Assembly (NCBI GenBank): GCA_024276275.1
Contig: JAJRXM010000006.1
Coordinates: 12,907-76,906, forward strand
Origin: Candidatus Zixiibacteriota bacterium
GTDB taxonomy: Bacteria; Zixibacteria; MSB-5A5; GN15; FEB-12
Reading direction: 5' to 3'
DNA: 64,000 nt
The number at the start of each line of letters is the position of its first letter. Within the stretch, counting starts at the first letter, position 1. Shown in pieces: positions 1-9,403 of the stretch. The notes beneath the pieces were generated by a model. The model was given only the letters and a program-made list of their open reading frames with translations. It was not told the DNA's origin and searched no databases. Position numbers and translations under genes: made by a program.

Positions 1-316
1 AATGAGCAAAAAGAACTGCTATATCGGAATCTTGTAGAATAGTCACCAGTTTTTCAGGGTGTAGCGAAGTGTCCAAAGGAACTATAGTATATCCTGCTTT
101 TGAGATAGCAAAATAAGCTGTAATATAATCTATGGAATTTTCCAGAAAAATTCCTATACGAGAATCTTTCGGTAGTTGTAGAGTTAAAATATAATCGGAT
201 AAAGTAGATACATTGTCATATAATTCTTGATATGTTATTTTGTTATCATAATAAATAACCGCTCTATTTGCAGGAAACAGAGCGGTTGTTTTTTCTAAAA
301 TTTGAAAGAGATTCAT
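1..316 (-). CDS. AMP-binding (acyl-CoA ligase/adenylation) protein, 5' part only; runs off the window edge
   Basis: Not in the ORF track. Manual translation from ATG at 316: MNLFQILEKTTALFPANRAVIYYDNKITYQELYDNV...RIGIFLENSIDYITAYFAISKAGYTIVPLD, a typical ANL-family N-terminus. Directly downstream of the ACP gene. Confidence 0.85.
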   Translation of the reverse strand, partial: MNLFQILEKTTALFPANRAVIYYDNKITYQELYDNVSTLSDYILTLQLPKDSRIGIFLENSIDYITAYFAISKAGYTIVPLDTSLHPEKLVTILQDSDIAVLFAH

Positions 317-331
317 TGTATCAATACAAGA

Positions 332-589
332 TTATCCGTTTACTTTTTTGCTGATAAATGTGACTAAGTTATCAACCGAATCTAAATTCACCGGAGTCAT
401 TTCTTCATTTTCTATAGAAAAGTTAAATTTCTCTTCTATAAAACCGGTTACTTCTAAAATCCCTGTCGAGTCAACAATTCCAGTCTGCATAAATGAATCG
501 GTGTCAGTAAAACTATCGGCACCTTCACCAAACAAAAACGTATCTACTATAAATTCTCTGATTTCTTTTTTTAGTGTATCTTTGTCCAT
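332..589 (-). CDS. Acyl/peptidyl carrier protein
   Basis: 85 aa, acidic, with GIVDSTGILE phosphopantetheine-Ser motif. Confidence 0.9.
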   Translation of the reverse strand: MDKDTLKKEIREFIVDTFLFGEGADSFTDTDSFMQTGIVDSTGILEVTGFIEEKFNFSIENEEMTPVNLDSVDNLVTFISKKVNG

Positions 590-598
590 TCTAAATTC

Positions 599-1567
599 CT
601 ATCCCTTGATTTCCAAAGGCTCCATGCGTAAATATTCAGTTGCTGTAATTTTTCTTTGAATGTTATAAAATGCTCTTTCAACCTGTTCAACAGTAAGGTC
701 AAGAACTTCTGCCGCTTTTTCTTTTGGCACATTGTTTTCCATGGCATGCCATAACATATCCATGCGGTAGAAATCAAGCCCATAGAAAAATTCTTCTTGT
801 GTTACTTCTGAGCTATATGTATCGGTTGTCGGAATACGATCTACGATTTCTTTCGGCACTCCGAGATACCTTGCAAGTTGGAAAACTTGAATTTTATACA
901 AATGAGCTATAGGTTTTAAATCGGTACCGCCGTCGCCGTATTTCACAAAGAATCCTTGCATGTGTTCATCTTTGTTTCCCGTTCCCATGACTGCCCAATT
1001 TCTTTTTTCAGCATGGTAATAGAGTGTTGTCATTCTCAAACGTTGTTTATAGTTTGTGGCAGCTACAATTTGCAAATATGGTTTTAACGGTAGGCGTTCT
1101 TCTCTAATTTCACCTGTATCTGTTTCTACAACTACAGTAAAGAAATTAAATGTTTCTTTTTCTAAGAGATTTGTCGGAGTTATAATTTTTGATTTCCAGG
1201 TTGGTTGATAATCAGGGAAAACTTGTTTGATTGCTTCATCACGTTTATTATAGACCCCTAAACCCTCACAACCGTCATAGATTGATTCAAGAGTTGTATC
1301 AAAACCAAAATGCTCTGCTAAAACTTCTGCCAAAGATTTGCTTTCATCGGCTGAATCTTTTTCAGGCATCATAACACCAAAAACTCTTTTTGGTCCGAGA
1401 GCTTTAACGCAGAGAGCGGCGACTACCGATGAGTCGATTCCTCCGGAAATACCGACAACTGCACCAGTTTTGTGCATGTCATTTTTTAACTGAGAACGGA
1501 TTTGTGTACAAATAGTATCACAAACTTTTTCCGCATCAATATTTAAAACATCTTTATGAAATTCCAA
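599..1567 (-). CDS. nadE: NH3-dependent NAD(+) synthetase-like protein (NadE family)
   Basis: GISGGIDSS PP-loop, N.KQRLRM, GTGNKDE, GFFVKYGDG motifs; TTG start. May be a paralog given its context. Confidence 0.8.
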   Translation of the reverse strand: MEFHKDVLNIDAEKVCDTICTQIRSQLKNDMHKTGAVVGISGGIDSSVVAALCVKALGPKRVFGVMMPEKDSADESKSLAEVLAEHFGFDTTLESIYDGCEGLGVYNKRDEAIKQVFPDYQPTWKSKIITPTNLLEKETFNFFTVVVETDTGEIREERLPLKPYLQIVAATNYKQRLRMTTLYYHAEKRNWAVMGTGNKDEHMQGFFVKYGDGGTDLKPIAHLYKIQVFQLARYLGVPKEIVDRIPTTDTYSSEVTQEEFFYGLDFYRMDMLWHAMENNVPKEKAAEVLDLTVEQVERAFYNIQRKITATEYLRMEPLEIKG

Positions 1568-1639
1568 AATATATGCCCTTTGTTCCGTGTCGTTAGAATT
1601 TGTTTTTATTCTTTATATAAAACATACTATATACAACTA

Positions 1640-1666
1640 GTATCGGTCATTATAAATGTTTCTTGA
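1640..1666 (-). promoter_or_regulatory. Putative sigma28 (FliA/WhiG-type) promoter for the nadE-like/ACP/ligase cluster
   Basis: Minus strand reads TCAAG-N14-ACCGATAC. Confidence 0.65.
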
Positions 1667-1677
1667 TTTGAGAACAA

Positions 1678-2487
1678 TTAAAAAATCAACTCATTTGCAA
1701 GAGGAGAATATGCTACAAACAGCTTGATTTTTCTATTCTCTCCGGTGCCGGAAAAGCCTTTTATCTTCAGTAAGGCATTTTTATTATCTGCTGTTTTCAG
1801 CTGTATCCAGTCATTTTTAACAACCTGCAATTTATCTTCTGAAGCTGTTTTTGTATACTTTTTTATTCTCTTTCTCAAGTCATTAAATTCACCTTTAAAA
1901 GCTAATTTCACCAGTTTATTGACTCTTAAAAAACCGTCTAATTTATGAGGAGAGGCAATATAATCAACACCGTTTTTTGAATAGAAATACAGGTCATTTG
2001 CCACATTATCGGCTCTGACATAACTATTTTTATCAAAAGAATAACCGTCTTTTTCAGATTTATATCTTATAGATAGTTCGATATTTTCTCTTGGGCCACA
2101 GACCGCCACAACTTCATCTGACCTCTTTGATTCAGTTTGACCGGGGTTTACAATCGCAACAGAGACATAATATTTTTTACCGTTTTCAAGATGATCAGCT
2201 TGGTAATTTTCGATACCGTCTTCAGGATTTGTATCACCGTCAAACGGTGTTTGATTAAACGGTTTATCATCAGAATTTTGGTTTTCAGAAATATAGATAT
2301 TGTATCCTGCAATAGTTTTTTCACAGCCGTTCACCCAACTAACATTCATCATCTTGTCATTGACTTCAACACGAACATTTGATACAGCACAATCTACTTG
2401 TTCGACTACATTTGGTTTAGGTGGCGGACAACCAAATAAGAGAAGTCCTGATAAGATAGAGCTTATGGCTAGTAATTTTTTATTCAT
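1678..2487 (-). CDS. Lipoprotein with fibronectin type III-like domain
   Basis: Lipobox LLFGC; FN3-like pattern (VSW, GYNIY, LENGKKYYVSV). Confidence 0.7.
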   Translation of the reverse strand: MNKKLLAISSILSGLLLFGCPPPKPNVVEQVDCAVSNVRVEVNDKMMNVSWVNGCEKTIAGYNIYISENQNSDDKPFNQTPFDGDTNPEDGIENYQADHLENGKKYYVSVAIVNPGQTESKRSDEVVAVCGPRENIELSIRYKSEKDGYSFDKNSYVRADNVANDLYFYSKNGVDYIASPHKLDGFLRVNKLVKLAFKGEFNDLRKRIKKYTKTASEDKLQVVKNDWIQLKTADNKNALLKIKGFSGTGENRKIKLFVAYSPLANELIF

Positions 2488-2494
2488 AAAACGA

Positions 2495-3652
2495 TTAACT
2501 CCGTTTGTCTGGGGCAGAGAAACTCTCCGCCGTTTTTGTTATGACAATATCTTCCTCAAGTCCGACACAACCGATACCCGGAAGTAAAATTTCTAATTCA
2601 AGTGTAAATACATTGTTTTCTTCTAAAGGAATAGAAGTTGACTGACCGTACCTTTCCCATTTAGGTCCGATAAGTGCCGCTCCATCATGAACATCTCTTC
2701 CCAGTTGATGCCCTAAGGCATGTTCATAAGCATTATATCCGTTATCAGCTAAAATTTTTCTGGCTTCGGCATCAATTTCAAAGCCTTTTACACCCGGTTT
2801 ACATATTTTTGAAGTCGTTGTAATAATATCGACAACTGTTTGAAATGCATCTAAAAGCTCAGGTGGTGCTTCGTTTTCATTCGGTCGTTTAAAATATGCT
2901 AATCGTTGAATATCAGAGCAGAACTCTTTATACTTTATACCAAAATCAACATGTAAAAGATCCCCACCGGTTAAAGTAGCTTTGGTAGGTAGAGAATGTC
3001 CGGGCTTTGTCTTATCACCTGCATTTACAATAGTTGGGAAAGATAGTTTATTTTTCCCTGATAAAATATAATAATTAATAACTGCCGCAACCTGCTCCTC
3101 AGACATACCGTTTCTAATATCCTCAACTGTCTTCTTCCAGACATCGTCTGCTAATTCAGCAGCTATTCTAAGGTTTTCTATCTCCAGAGGTAGTTTTCTG
3201 CTTCTTAGTTTTGCAAGAAGATTATCAGAAGAAACTAACCTTTCTACGAACGGTGTGTTTGACAGATATTTTTGTAATAACAAATACATGCCGTGTGATA
3301 AACCGTCAGCAGCAACATTGTCGGTTGAGTAATTGATAGCTATTTTTTTTGGGTTTAATTTTTTTAGGATTTTTTGAATTTCCTCAGATGCATCGGCTGT
3401 ATACGATTTCACTTCTGAAAAACAGCCCGACCTTATAAACTTTTCCTGATCACAATTACCGACTAAAGCAATTGCATCTTTTTGTCTGGTGTAGATGAAA
3501 AATGACTGCCAGGTAACATCATGTCCGACAACTAAAGGCATCGACGGGTCAGGTGCCATAGTGCTTTCACGGACAAAGATAATCCAGCAATCAAGAGTCA
3601 GCTCATCCAGAATCTGAAATGTCTGAGCAATTTTGTCTTTTAACAGGTTCAT
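2495..3652 (-). CDS. Xaa-Pro aminopeptidase (M24 family); probable frameshift near the 3' end
   Basis: HVDFG, SDIQR, HALGHQLGRDVHD, TLELE and LEEDIV metal-ligand motifs. Likely start MNLLKDK at 3652. Confidence 0.9.
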   Translation of the reverse strand: MNLLKDKIAQTFQILDELTLDCWIIFVRESTMAPDPSMPLVVGHDVTWQSFFIYTRQKDAIALVGNCDQEKFIRSGCFSEVKSYTADASEEIQKILKKLNPKKIAINYSTDNVAADGLSHGMYLLLQKYLSNTPFVERLVSSDNLLAKLRSRKLPLEIENLRIAAELADDVWKKTVEDIRNGMSEEQVAAVINYYILSGKNKLSFPTIVNAGDKTKPGHSLPTKATLTGGDLLHVDFGIKYKEFCSDIQRLAYFKRPNENEAPPELLDAFQTVVDIITTTSKICKPGVKGFEIDAEARKILADNGYNAYEHALGHQLGRDVHDGAALIGPKWERYGQSTSIPLEENNVFTLELEILLPGIGCVGLEEDIVITKTAESFSAPDKRS

Positions 3653-3716
3653 AAGAAGTGATAATACTTTAAAAAAGATGCTGAAACAAGGTCTTTTTCT
3701 GTCTCTGTTGTACCTC

Positions 3717-4490
3717 TCACAACGGTATTTCCATCCCATCCATAGCAACGATTAAATTCTGAAGCCCTAATTGATTTGCTCTTTCTACATATTGACGGAT
3801 TTCATCATTTTTGCCTAAATGTGTAGCTATTATTTGATTGATACTTTTCCCCTGAGCAGCTGCATGTACATCTTCGATTTTGATATGAGTTGTTTCTATT
3901 ATAAGATAGTCTAAATTATGTAAATAATTATCTATAGGTGTTATTGTAGCAAGGTCGGATGAATATAATAATGTTTTCTGACCTGTATTTATAAGAAAAG
4001 AGAAAGACTGCATTTTATTAGGTAAATCAAGTTTTTCAATCAACTCTTTATAGCCAGATAGATGATCGGTAAGAATAGCTTTTATCTCAAAACCTTCATT
4101 ATTCAAAACAAAATTATTAGTAATCGGATGAAAATTCAACTTAAACGGCAACTTCTCTTCCATTAAATAAACAGCCTGTAAGTAATTTCGAAAGGGAGAA
4201 ATAAACTCTTCGGGTAGGTATAAATCGAGCGGTTTTGTACGTTTATGAAGATAAATGAGTTGTAAAAATAGCGTTAATTCACATACATGGTCTGAATGAG
4301 TATGACTTATACAAATCCTGTCGATTTCCAGGGGGTTAAATCCTCTTTTGAGAAAAGACTGGGTAACACCACCTCCGCAATCAATCAGAGTTAAGCTGTC
4401 CCCTGTTTTGAGCAAATAGCCTGAGGTTGCTTTATCGGCAACAGGTAATCCCCCTGAGGATGTTCCTAAGATATAAAATGAGTTTGCCAA
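3717..4490 (-). CDS. MBL-fold metallo-hydrolase, RNase Z/BN-like
   Basis: LGTS, LIDCG, SHTHSDH motifs. Confidence 0.8.
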   Translation of the reverse strand: MANSFYILGTSSGGLPVADKATSGYLLKTGDSLTLIDCGGGVTQSFLKRGFNPLEIDRICISHTHSDHVCELTLFLQLIYLHKRTKPLDLYLPEEFISPFRNYLQAVYLMEEKLPFKLNFHPITNNFVLNNEGFEIKAILTDHLSGYKELIEKLDLPNKMQSFSFLINTGQKTLLYSSDLATITPIDNYLHNLDYLIIETTHIKIEDVHAAAQGKSINQIIATHLGKNDEIRQYVERANQLGLQNLIVAMDGMEIPL

Positions 4491-4547
4491 TTTATAAATC
4501 CTTACGTGTTTCTATTTTCATTATCTTATTATTCACATTTTTCTCTA

Positions 4548-4574
4548 TAAATCTACTTAAAAATTTGCCGATAA
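4548..4574 (+). promoter_or_regulatory. Putative sigma28 promoter for the hemerythrin gene
   Basis: Exact consensus TAAA-N15-GCCGATAA, 41 bp before the ATG. Confidence 0.8.
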
Positions 4575-4615
4575 TTAATATAAATGCTGGATAGTAATAT
4601 AGTTAAAGGGAACAA

Positions 4616-5470
4616 ATGCCTCTCATAGATTGGATTCCGTCCTATAATATCGGAATACCTGAAATAGATACAGATAATCAACAGTTAGTAGGAATGATAA
4701 ATCTCCTTCATGATTCGATTTCAAAAAAAGATAATCATGAAATAGTCAATCATGTGATATATCAATTAGTGCAAAATTATCAAGATCATTGTACATTAAC
4801 TTTGCAGGTTTTGCAAAATATACAGTATACAAACTTAACCCAGCAGCAAGAGTCACACAAAAAATTCGGAAGAGTTATTTCAGGATATTTACATCGGTTA
4901 AAAAAAGATGAAAAAGTATCAATAATGGAGCTAATAGGTTTTTTACGAAACTGGTTTGATAAACATGTCTTACTGGAAGATCAAAAAATAAAAGCCTTTT
5001 TAAAACAAATAAATAACACTCAAACTGAGACTGATATTACTAAATCTCACGTTAAAACTATCAAAGATTCTGACATCTTTCAACTACATAACAATAAAAT
5101 GGATGGGCAGCACAAAGATTTAGCCAACATATATAATAAACTTTACCATGCGGTTGAGCTAAAGATGAGTAAGAAAATAATTTTGAAAATTATTGACACT
5201 TTTAAACATTACGCTGAGATACATTTTAAAGATGAAGAACAGCTTATGATTGATGTCGGCTATGATCAATACAAAGAACATCTTATCTTGCATAATAAGC
5301 TACTGAAAGAATTTGACAAGTTCCTGATAAAAATAAACGAGGACGAGACTATTTCACATATTAAGATATTAGGGTATATCAGAAATTGGCTCTTAAATCA
5401 TATAGCAATCGAAGATAAAAAAGTGTTTGCATTTATATCCTCCCAAAAGAAAGAAAATTCTCACGCGTAA
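4616..5470 (+). CDS. Tandem bacteriohemerythrin-domain protein
   Basis: Domain 2 has D.QH, HFKDEE.LM, H...H and WLLNHIAIED. Domain 1 has the same fold pattern but is degenerate. Confidence 0.9.
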   Translation: MPLIDWIPSYNIGIPEIDTDNQQLVGMINLLHDSISKKDNHEIVNHVIYQLVQNYQDHCTLTLQVLQNIQYTNLTQQQESHKKFGRVISGYLHRLKKDEKVSIMELIGFLRNWFDKHVLLEDQKIKAFLKQINNTQTETDITKSHVKTIKDSDIFQLHNNKMDGQHKDLANIYNKLYHAVELKMSKKIILKIIDTFKHYAEIHFKDEEQLMIDVGYDQYKEHLILHNKLLKEFDKFLIKINEDETISHIKILGYIRNWLLNHIAIEDKKVFAFISSQKKENSHA

Positions 5471-6489
5471 ATTGAGTCTATCCTATCAACAACTTCACTG
5501 ATATCTTCTTTAGAAACATCCAAATGAGTTACAAACCGAATCTTCGTAGGAGATGTCGGAATCGCTCCAATTTGCGATTCGGATAATTTTTCATGTACAG
5601 TTTGTGAATCTTCTTTGCCGACTATATTGGCAATAACAATATTTGTTTGTATCCAATTTAAATCAATGTCAAAATTATCTAGTCGGTTAAGTCTTTCAGC
5701 TAAGTAATAAGCATTTTCATGGTCAGCTTGTAATTTTTTTAAATTATGTTCAATAGCATACAATCCGGCGGCAGCAAGCATACCGGACTGACGCATCCCA
5801 CCACCAAACAGTTTTCTTTCACGACGGCATTTTTCTATAAAATTATGTGAACCTAAGGCAAGTGAACCGACCGGGGCTCCCAGACCTTTTGACAAACAAA
5901 CTGAGATTGAATCAAACGGAGCCGATAATTCAGCCAGGGAAATTCCGGTAGCAATATGTGCATTCCATATTCTGGCACCGTCAAGATGATATATAAGAGA
6001 AAACTGATCACAAACTTTTTTTACTTTCAGCACCTCATCTTGTGGAAGAATAGTACCACCGTGCCGATTATGTGTATTTTCTAATGCTACAATTTTTGTA
6101 AGAGGACAATGTATATTAAGAGGACGTACAGAATTTTTAATCAGCTCTGCTGAAATCATTCCATGTTCAGTAGTAAGTAAATTAACAAGTAATTGTGAAT
6201 GTACGGCCGGTCCACCGACTTCATAGTTTACAATATGACATTCACGTTCACACAGCAATTCCCACCCCGGTTCACTATGTGCTTTTAGACAAATTTGATT
6301 TCCCATAGTACCCGATGGAACAAACAGAGCTGCCTCTTTTTGAAACAATTCGGCGGTATATTTCTCGAGTTTCGTAACTGTAGGGTCATCACCTAAGACA
6401 TCATCACCTAACTCGGCACAACACATAGCTTGTCTCATTGCATCGGAGGGCTTGGTGACGGTATCAGAACGTAAATCAATAACTTTCAT
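5461..6489 (-). CDS. ltaE: Low-specificity L-threonine aldolase
   Basis: IDLRSDTVTKP, PSGTMGN, LENTHN, HLDGARIWNA, CLSKGLGAPVGS. Confidence 0.95.
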   Translation of the reverse strand: MKVIDLRSDTVTKPSDAMRQAMCCAELGDDVLGDDPTVTKLEKYTAELFQKEAALFVPSGTMGNQICLKAHSEPGWELLCERECHIVNYEVGGPAVHSQLLVNLLTTEHGMISAELIKNSVRPLNIHCPLTKIVALENTHNRHGGTILPQDEVLKVKKVCDQFSLIYHLDGARIWNAHIATGISLAELSAPFDSISVCLSKGLGAPVGSLALGSHNFIEKCRRERKLFGGGMRQSGMLAAAGLYAIEHNLKKLQADHENAYYLAERLNRLDNFDIDLNWIQTNIVIANIVGKEDSQTVHEKLSESQIGAIPTSPTKIRFVTHLDVSKEDISEVVDRIDSIYA

Positions 6490-6535
6490 AGGTGTAGTAT
6501 AGTATAAAACTGTTTAATTGACAACTCTGAGACAT

Positions 6536-6568
6536 AAAAAAAGCTGACGAAGAATGGCAGCTTTTTTT
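6536..6568 (-). terminator. Intrinsic terminator downstream of the cold-shock gene (bidirectional type)
   Basis: AAAAAAAGCTG...CAGCTTTTTTT inverted repeat with A/T tracts. Confidence 0.7.
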
Positions 6569-6605
6569 ATAAAATTTTAGATGTAAGACAAGGAGTACGT
6601 GTGTG

Positions 6606-6812
6606 TTATTGATCCACCATAACATTTTGTGCTTTGTATCCGCCGACAGTATCAGCAAGTTCATAAATAACTTCCTGGCCTTCCTTCAAGGTCTTATAAC
6701 CATCCATGTTAATCTGGGTGTAATGGACATAAACATCCTTGTCCAACCCATCACTGGAAATAAACCCCCAGCCTTTTCTGTCGTTGAAATACTTAACTTT
6801 ACCTTTAGACAT
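6606..6812 (-). CDS. Cold-shock protein
   Basis: GKVKYFNDRKGWGFI (RNP1) and DVYVHY (RNP2); GGAGGA RBS. Confidence 0.95.
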   Translation of the reverse strand: MSKGKVKYFNDRKGWGFISSDGLDKDVYVHYTQINMDGYKTLKEGQEVIYELADTVGGYKAQNVMVDQ

Positions 6813-6902
6813 GTAAATCCTCCATATTGAAGATTAACTGTTCCCACACTCATATTGAGTATAACAGTTATACGCAAAAGACACAAGAAAGAACTAAAAA
6901 AT

Positions 6903-7559
6903 TTACAAATTTTGTGATATTTTTATTAATAAAGTCATGAATAAACCAGAGAGAATCGGTACCGTAACATTGTCATCTATACCGAAAGAAAACGCTTCAA
7001 AAAACGTTCCGACAAACGCCCCTAAAAGCAGAATCGGCAATGTTACCTCAGGAACAGCTAACCCCATATAAAACACTAACATAGAGACGATTGCCATACC
7101 GACATAACACCCTATTGAACCGGCAATAGATTTGTTCTTATAGAATTTTGGAGATTTGATTTTACGACCAATTAATGCGGCAAAAGTATCCCCGACAATG
7201 ATAAAACTAATTGCTGTAATGGCTACCGACTTCTCATATAAAGCGATAGTTAAACAGAACGACATAAGTATATATGATGCACCGGTAAAGTCTCCTTTTG
7301 CCTCATGAGACCGTACCATCGGAGATAAAACTTTACGGATAATCTCTTGTCTCCAAAACCACCAATTTCTTAATCGAGAGACATCGGCAAATAAAATCAG
7401 AATAGCAAAAGGTATCATAATTGATAACATTTGTACTTTACTCAATTCTAAAAGATAATAAGTACCGGGAACAACTAAGGCACCCATGTGTGTACTTTTT
7501 CTAATTATCTCGTAAAAAAAACTAATTTGAGCAGGTTGCTCCTCTGCTGATTTCCCCAT
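6903..7559 (-). CDS. CTP-dependent lipid kinase (dolichol/phytol/diacylglycerol kinase family), membrane protein
   Basis: RKSTH, GDTFAALIG, KSIAGS, DDNVTVP motifs; multiple TM segments. Confidence 0.8.
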   Translation of the reverse strand: MGKSAEEQPAQISFFYEIIRKSTHMGALVVPGTYYLLELSKVQMLSIMIPFAILILFADVSRLRNWWFWRQEIIRKVLSPMVRSHEAKGDFTGASYILMSFCLTIALYEKSVAITAISFIIVGDTFAALIGRKIKSPKFYKNKSIAGSIGCYVGMAIVSMLVFYMGLAVPEVTLPILLLGAFVGTFFEAFSFGIDDNVTVPILSGLFMTLLIKISQNL

Positions 7560-7565
7560 TAAGCT

Positions 7566-9311
7566 TTATTTCCTTAAAGATTTCGGCTTCAGATGAACAG
7601 GATATAAAGTACCTTTGGATTGCACATGATATTTAGTGAACAATCGATCTTTAAAGTTTTTAAATACATTTTCTTTGTGTTCTTTTTTAAGAATAGGAAT
7701 AATCGTTCGTTTTGCTTCATCTAAAGTTTGTTCTTTTGCTATCTCTAAAACTTTAATCAAGTGATACCCAAATTCAGTTTTCACCGGATGAGACACTTCA
7801 CCGATTCGAGTCATTAAAGCAGCATTATAAAACTCTTTTGAAACATCATTTTCTCCGATATATCCCAAATTAGCCAAATCTTCTCTGATTGATTCTTCAC
7901 CCGGATAATGTTCTTTTGCCAACTGCATAAAATCAATCCCGGACATAGCTTGATCTCTTAAAAATTCACCAAAAACAGAATCCTCAACAATGATATGCTG
8001 TACTTTTAAAGGTTTTAAAACTTCAAAGTCAGCTGTATGACTGTTGTAATAATCCTCAATCATACTATCAGAAGGAGCCCATTGAGCATCAACCATTTGT
8101 TTGCTGACAACGGTTCTCGCATACTTATGATTTAGTTTTTCTCTTTGGTCTGTTAGAGCAGAATCTTTTTCAATACCTATTGCACGACCAGCCTGAACAA
8201 GTACATATCTTTCGCCAATTTGCCTGAACATCGCTTCTTTCATTTCAGCAGTAGTATTATCTACTTGGTACTTTTCTCTGAAAGTTAGTTCTAAAGACCG
8301 AGCTTCATTACAGTCAATTGTATCTATCCCGTTTATAATAGCTCCCCAAGTCCTACCTTTAATAACATAAATATTTCCATCTACAATCTCAGGATTCAGT
8401 TGTACATCAAAATCAGATAGTAAAGAATCTATCAGCTTATTACCTATCTCATTTGTTTTAACAGTTTGGAGTGTGGTTTTTGCGGCGATATATAAATTTT
8501 CATTTAGTTCCGGTAGACCGGCAGGATAGTACTCATTTGCCATAATAATATGCCAACCATTATTATCGCGATATGGTTCGGCTATATCACCGGCTCTTAG
8601 TTCAAACGCAATCGAATCAAAAGGATACGGATGTACTCCTTTTTTAGTCCAGCCAAGATACCCGCCTGTTCGTGCTGCGACTTCATCTTCTGTAAATTGT
8701 TTCGCTATTTCAGGGAATTTATCAGGTGAAGTAATAAGAGATTTAATAGAGTCGGCAAATTTAAACAATGCATCTTCCAAATCAACTTTGCTAAATTTTC
8801 TATACCGAAGAGAATCGGGACCAAATAATAATGTGTTTTTAGTTATAGCGATGTGATATAAATCAATCTGTTCTTCTATCGCGAATTTATCTTCATTGGC
8901 ATAATAATAGTCAACAATTTCCAGAGAGTCAGATTCAGCTTTATCATATACCATTTTTTTCAAATAGAGTCTGAGTAATATATCATAGTAACGGAGTTTA
9001 AACATTCTATACTGGCTATAATAGTCCGATAAATTAACTTCTGATGCTTCAAATCCCATCATCGAATCTAAAACTAATGAGTCTATAAATCCTCTTACCC
9101 GAGCTGTATCCAATACTCCACCCAGATTGAGTATTTTACTTTTATAAAGAGCATCGTATACTGTGTTCATTTCCAGACTATATCCATTATCTGCCGTAGC
9201 TACTAAAAACGGATAATCTTGATAATTTTTTTGAGAGATATTAAACGACGGTTTACATCCTAAAACTGCAATTAGAAGTAAAGCTGTTATTATTAGTTGT
9301 AACTTTTTCAA
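7566..9311 (-). CDS. Parvulin-type peptidyl-prolyl isomerase lipoprotein (SurA/PrsA-like, two rotamase domains)
   Basis: Lipobox AVLGC; GGYLGW...GWHII and LGYI...PVKTEFGYHLIKV. Confidence 0.85.
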   Translation of the reverse strand: MKKLQLIITALLLIAVLGCKPSFNISQKNYQDYPFLVATADNGYSLEMNTVYDALYKSKILNLGGVLDTARVRGFIDSLVLDSMMGFEASEVNLSDYYSQYRMFKLRYYDILLRLYLKKMVYDKAESDSLEIVDYYYANEDKFAIEEQIDLYHIAITKNTLLFGPDSLRYRKFSKVDLEDALFKFADSIKSLITSPDKFPEIAKQFTEDEVAARTGGYLGWTKKGVHPYPFDSIAFELRAGDIAEPYRDNNGWHIIMANEYYPAGLPELNENLYIAAKTTLQTVKTNEIGNKLIDSLLSDFDVQLNPEIVDGNIYVIKGRTWGAIINGIDTIDCNEARSLELTFREKYQVDNTTAEMKEAMFRQIGERYVLVQAGRAIGIEKDSALTDQREKLNHKYARTVVSKQMVDAQWAPSDSMIEDYYNSHTADFEVLKPLKVQHIIVEDSVFGEFLRDQAMSGIDFMQLAKEHYPGEESIREDLANLGYIGENDVSKEFYNAALMTRIGEVSHPVKTEFGYHLIKVLEIAKEQTLDEAKRTIIPILKKEHKENVFKNFKDRLFTKYHVQSKGTLYPVHLKPKSLRK

Positions 9312-9403
9312 TCTGAAACTCCATATTTATTTTATTGTTTTGCACAATAAATTATACACATTAATAGAAAAAACAAGGAGAATTCATTGAAAAAAATGAA
9401 AAA

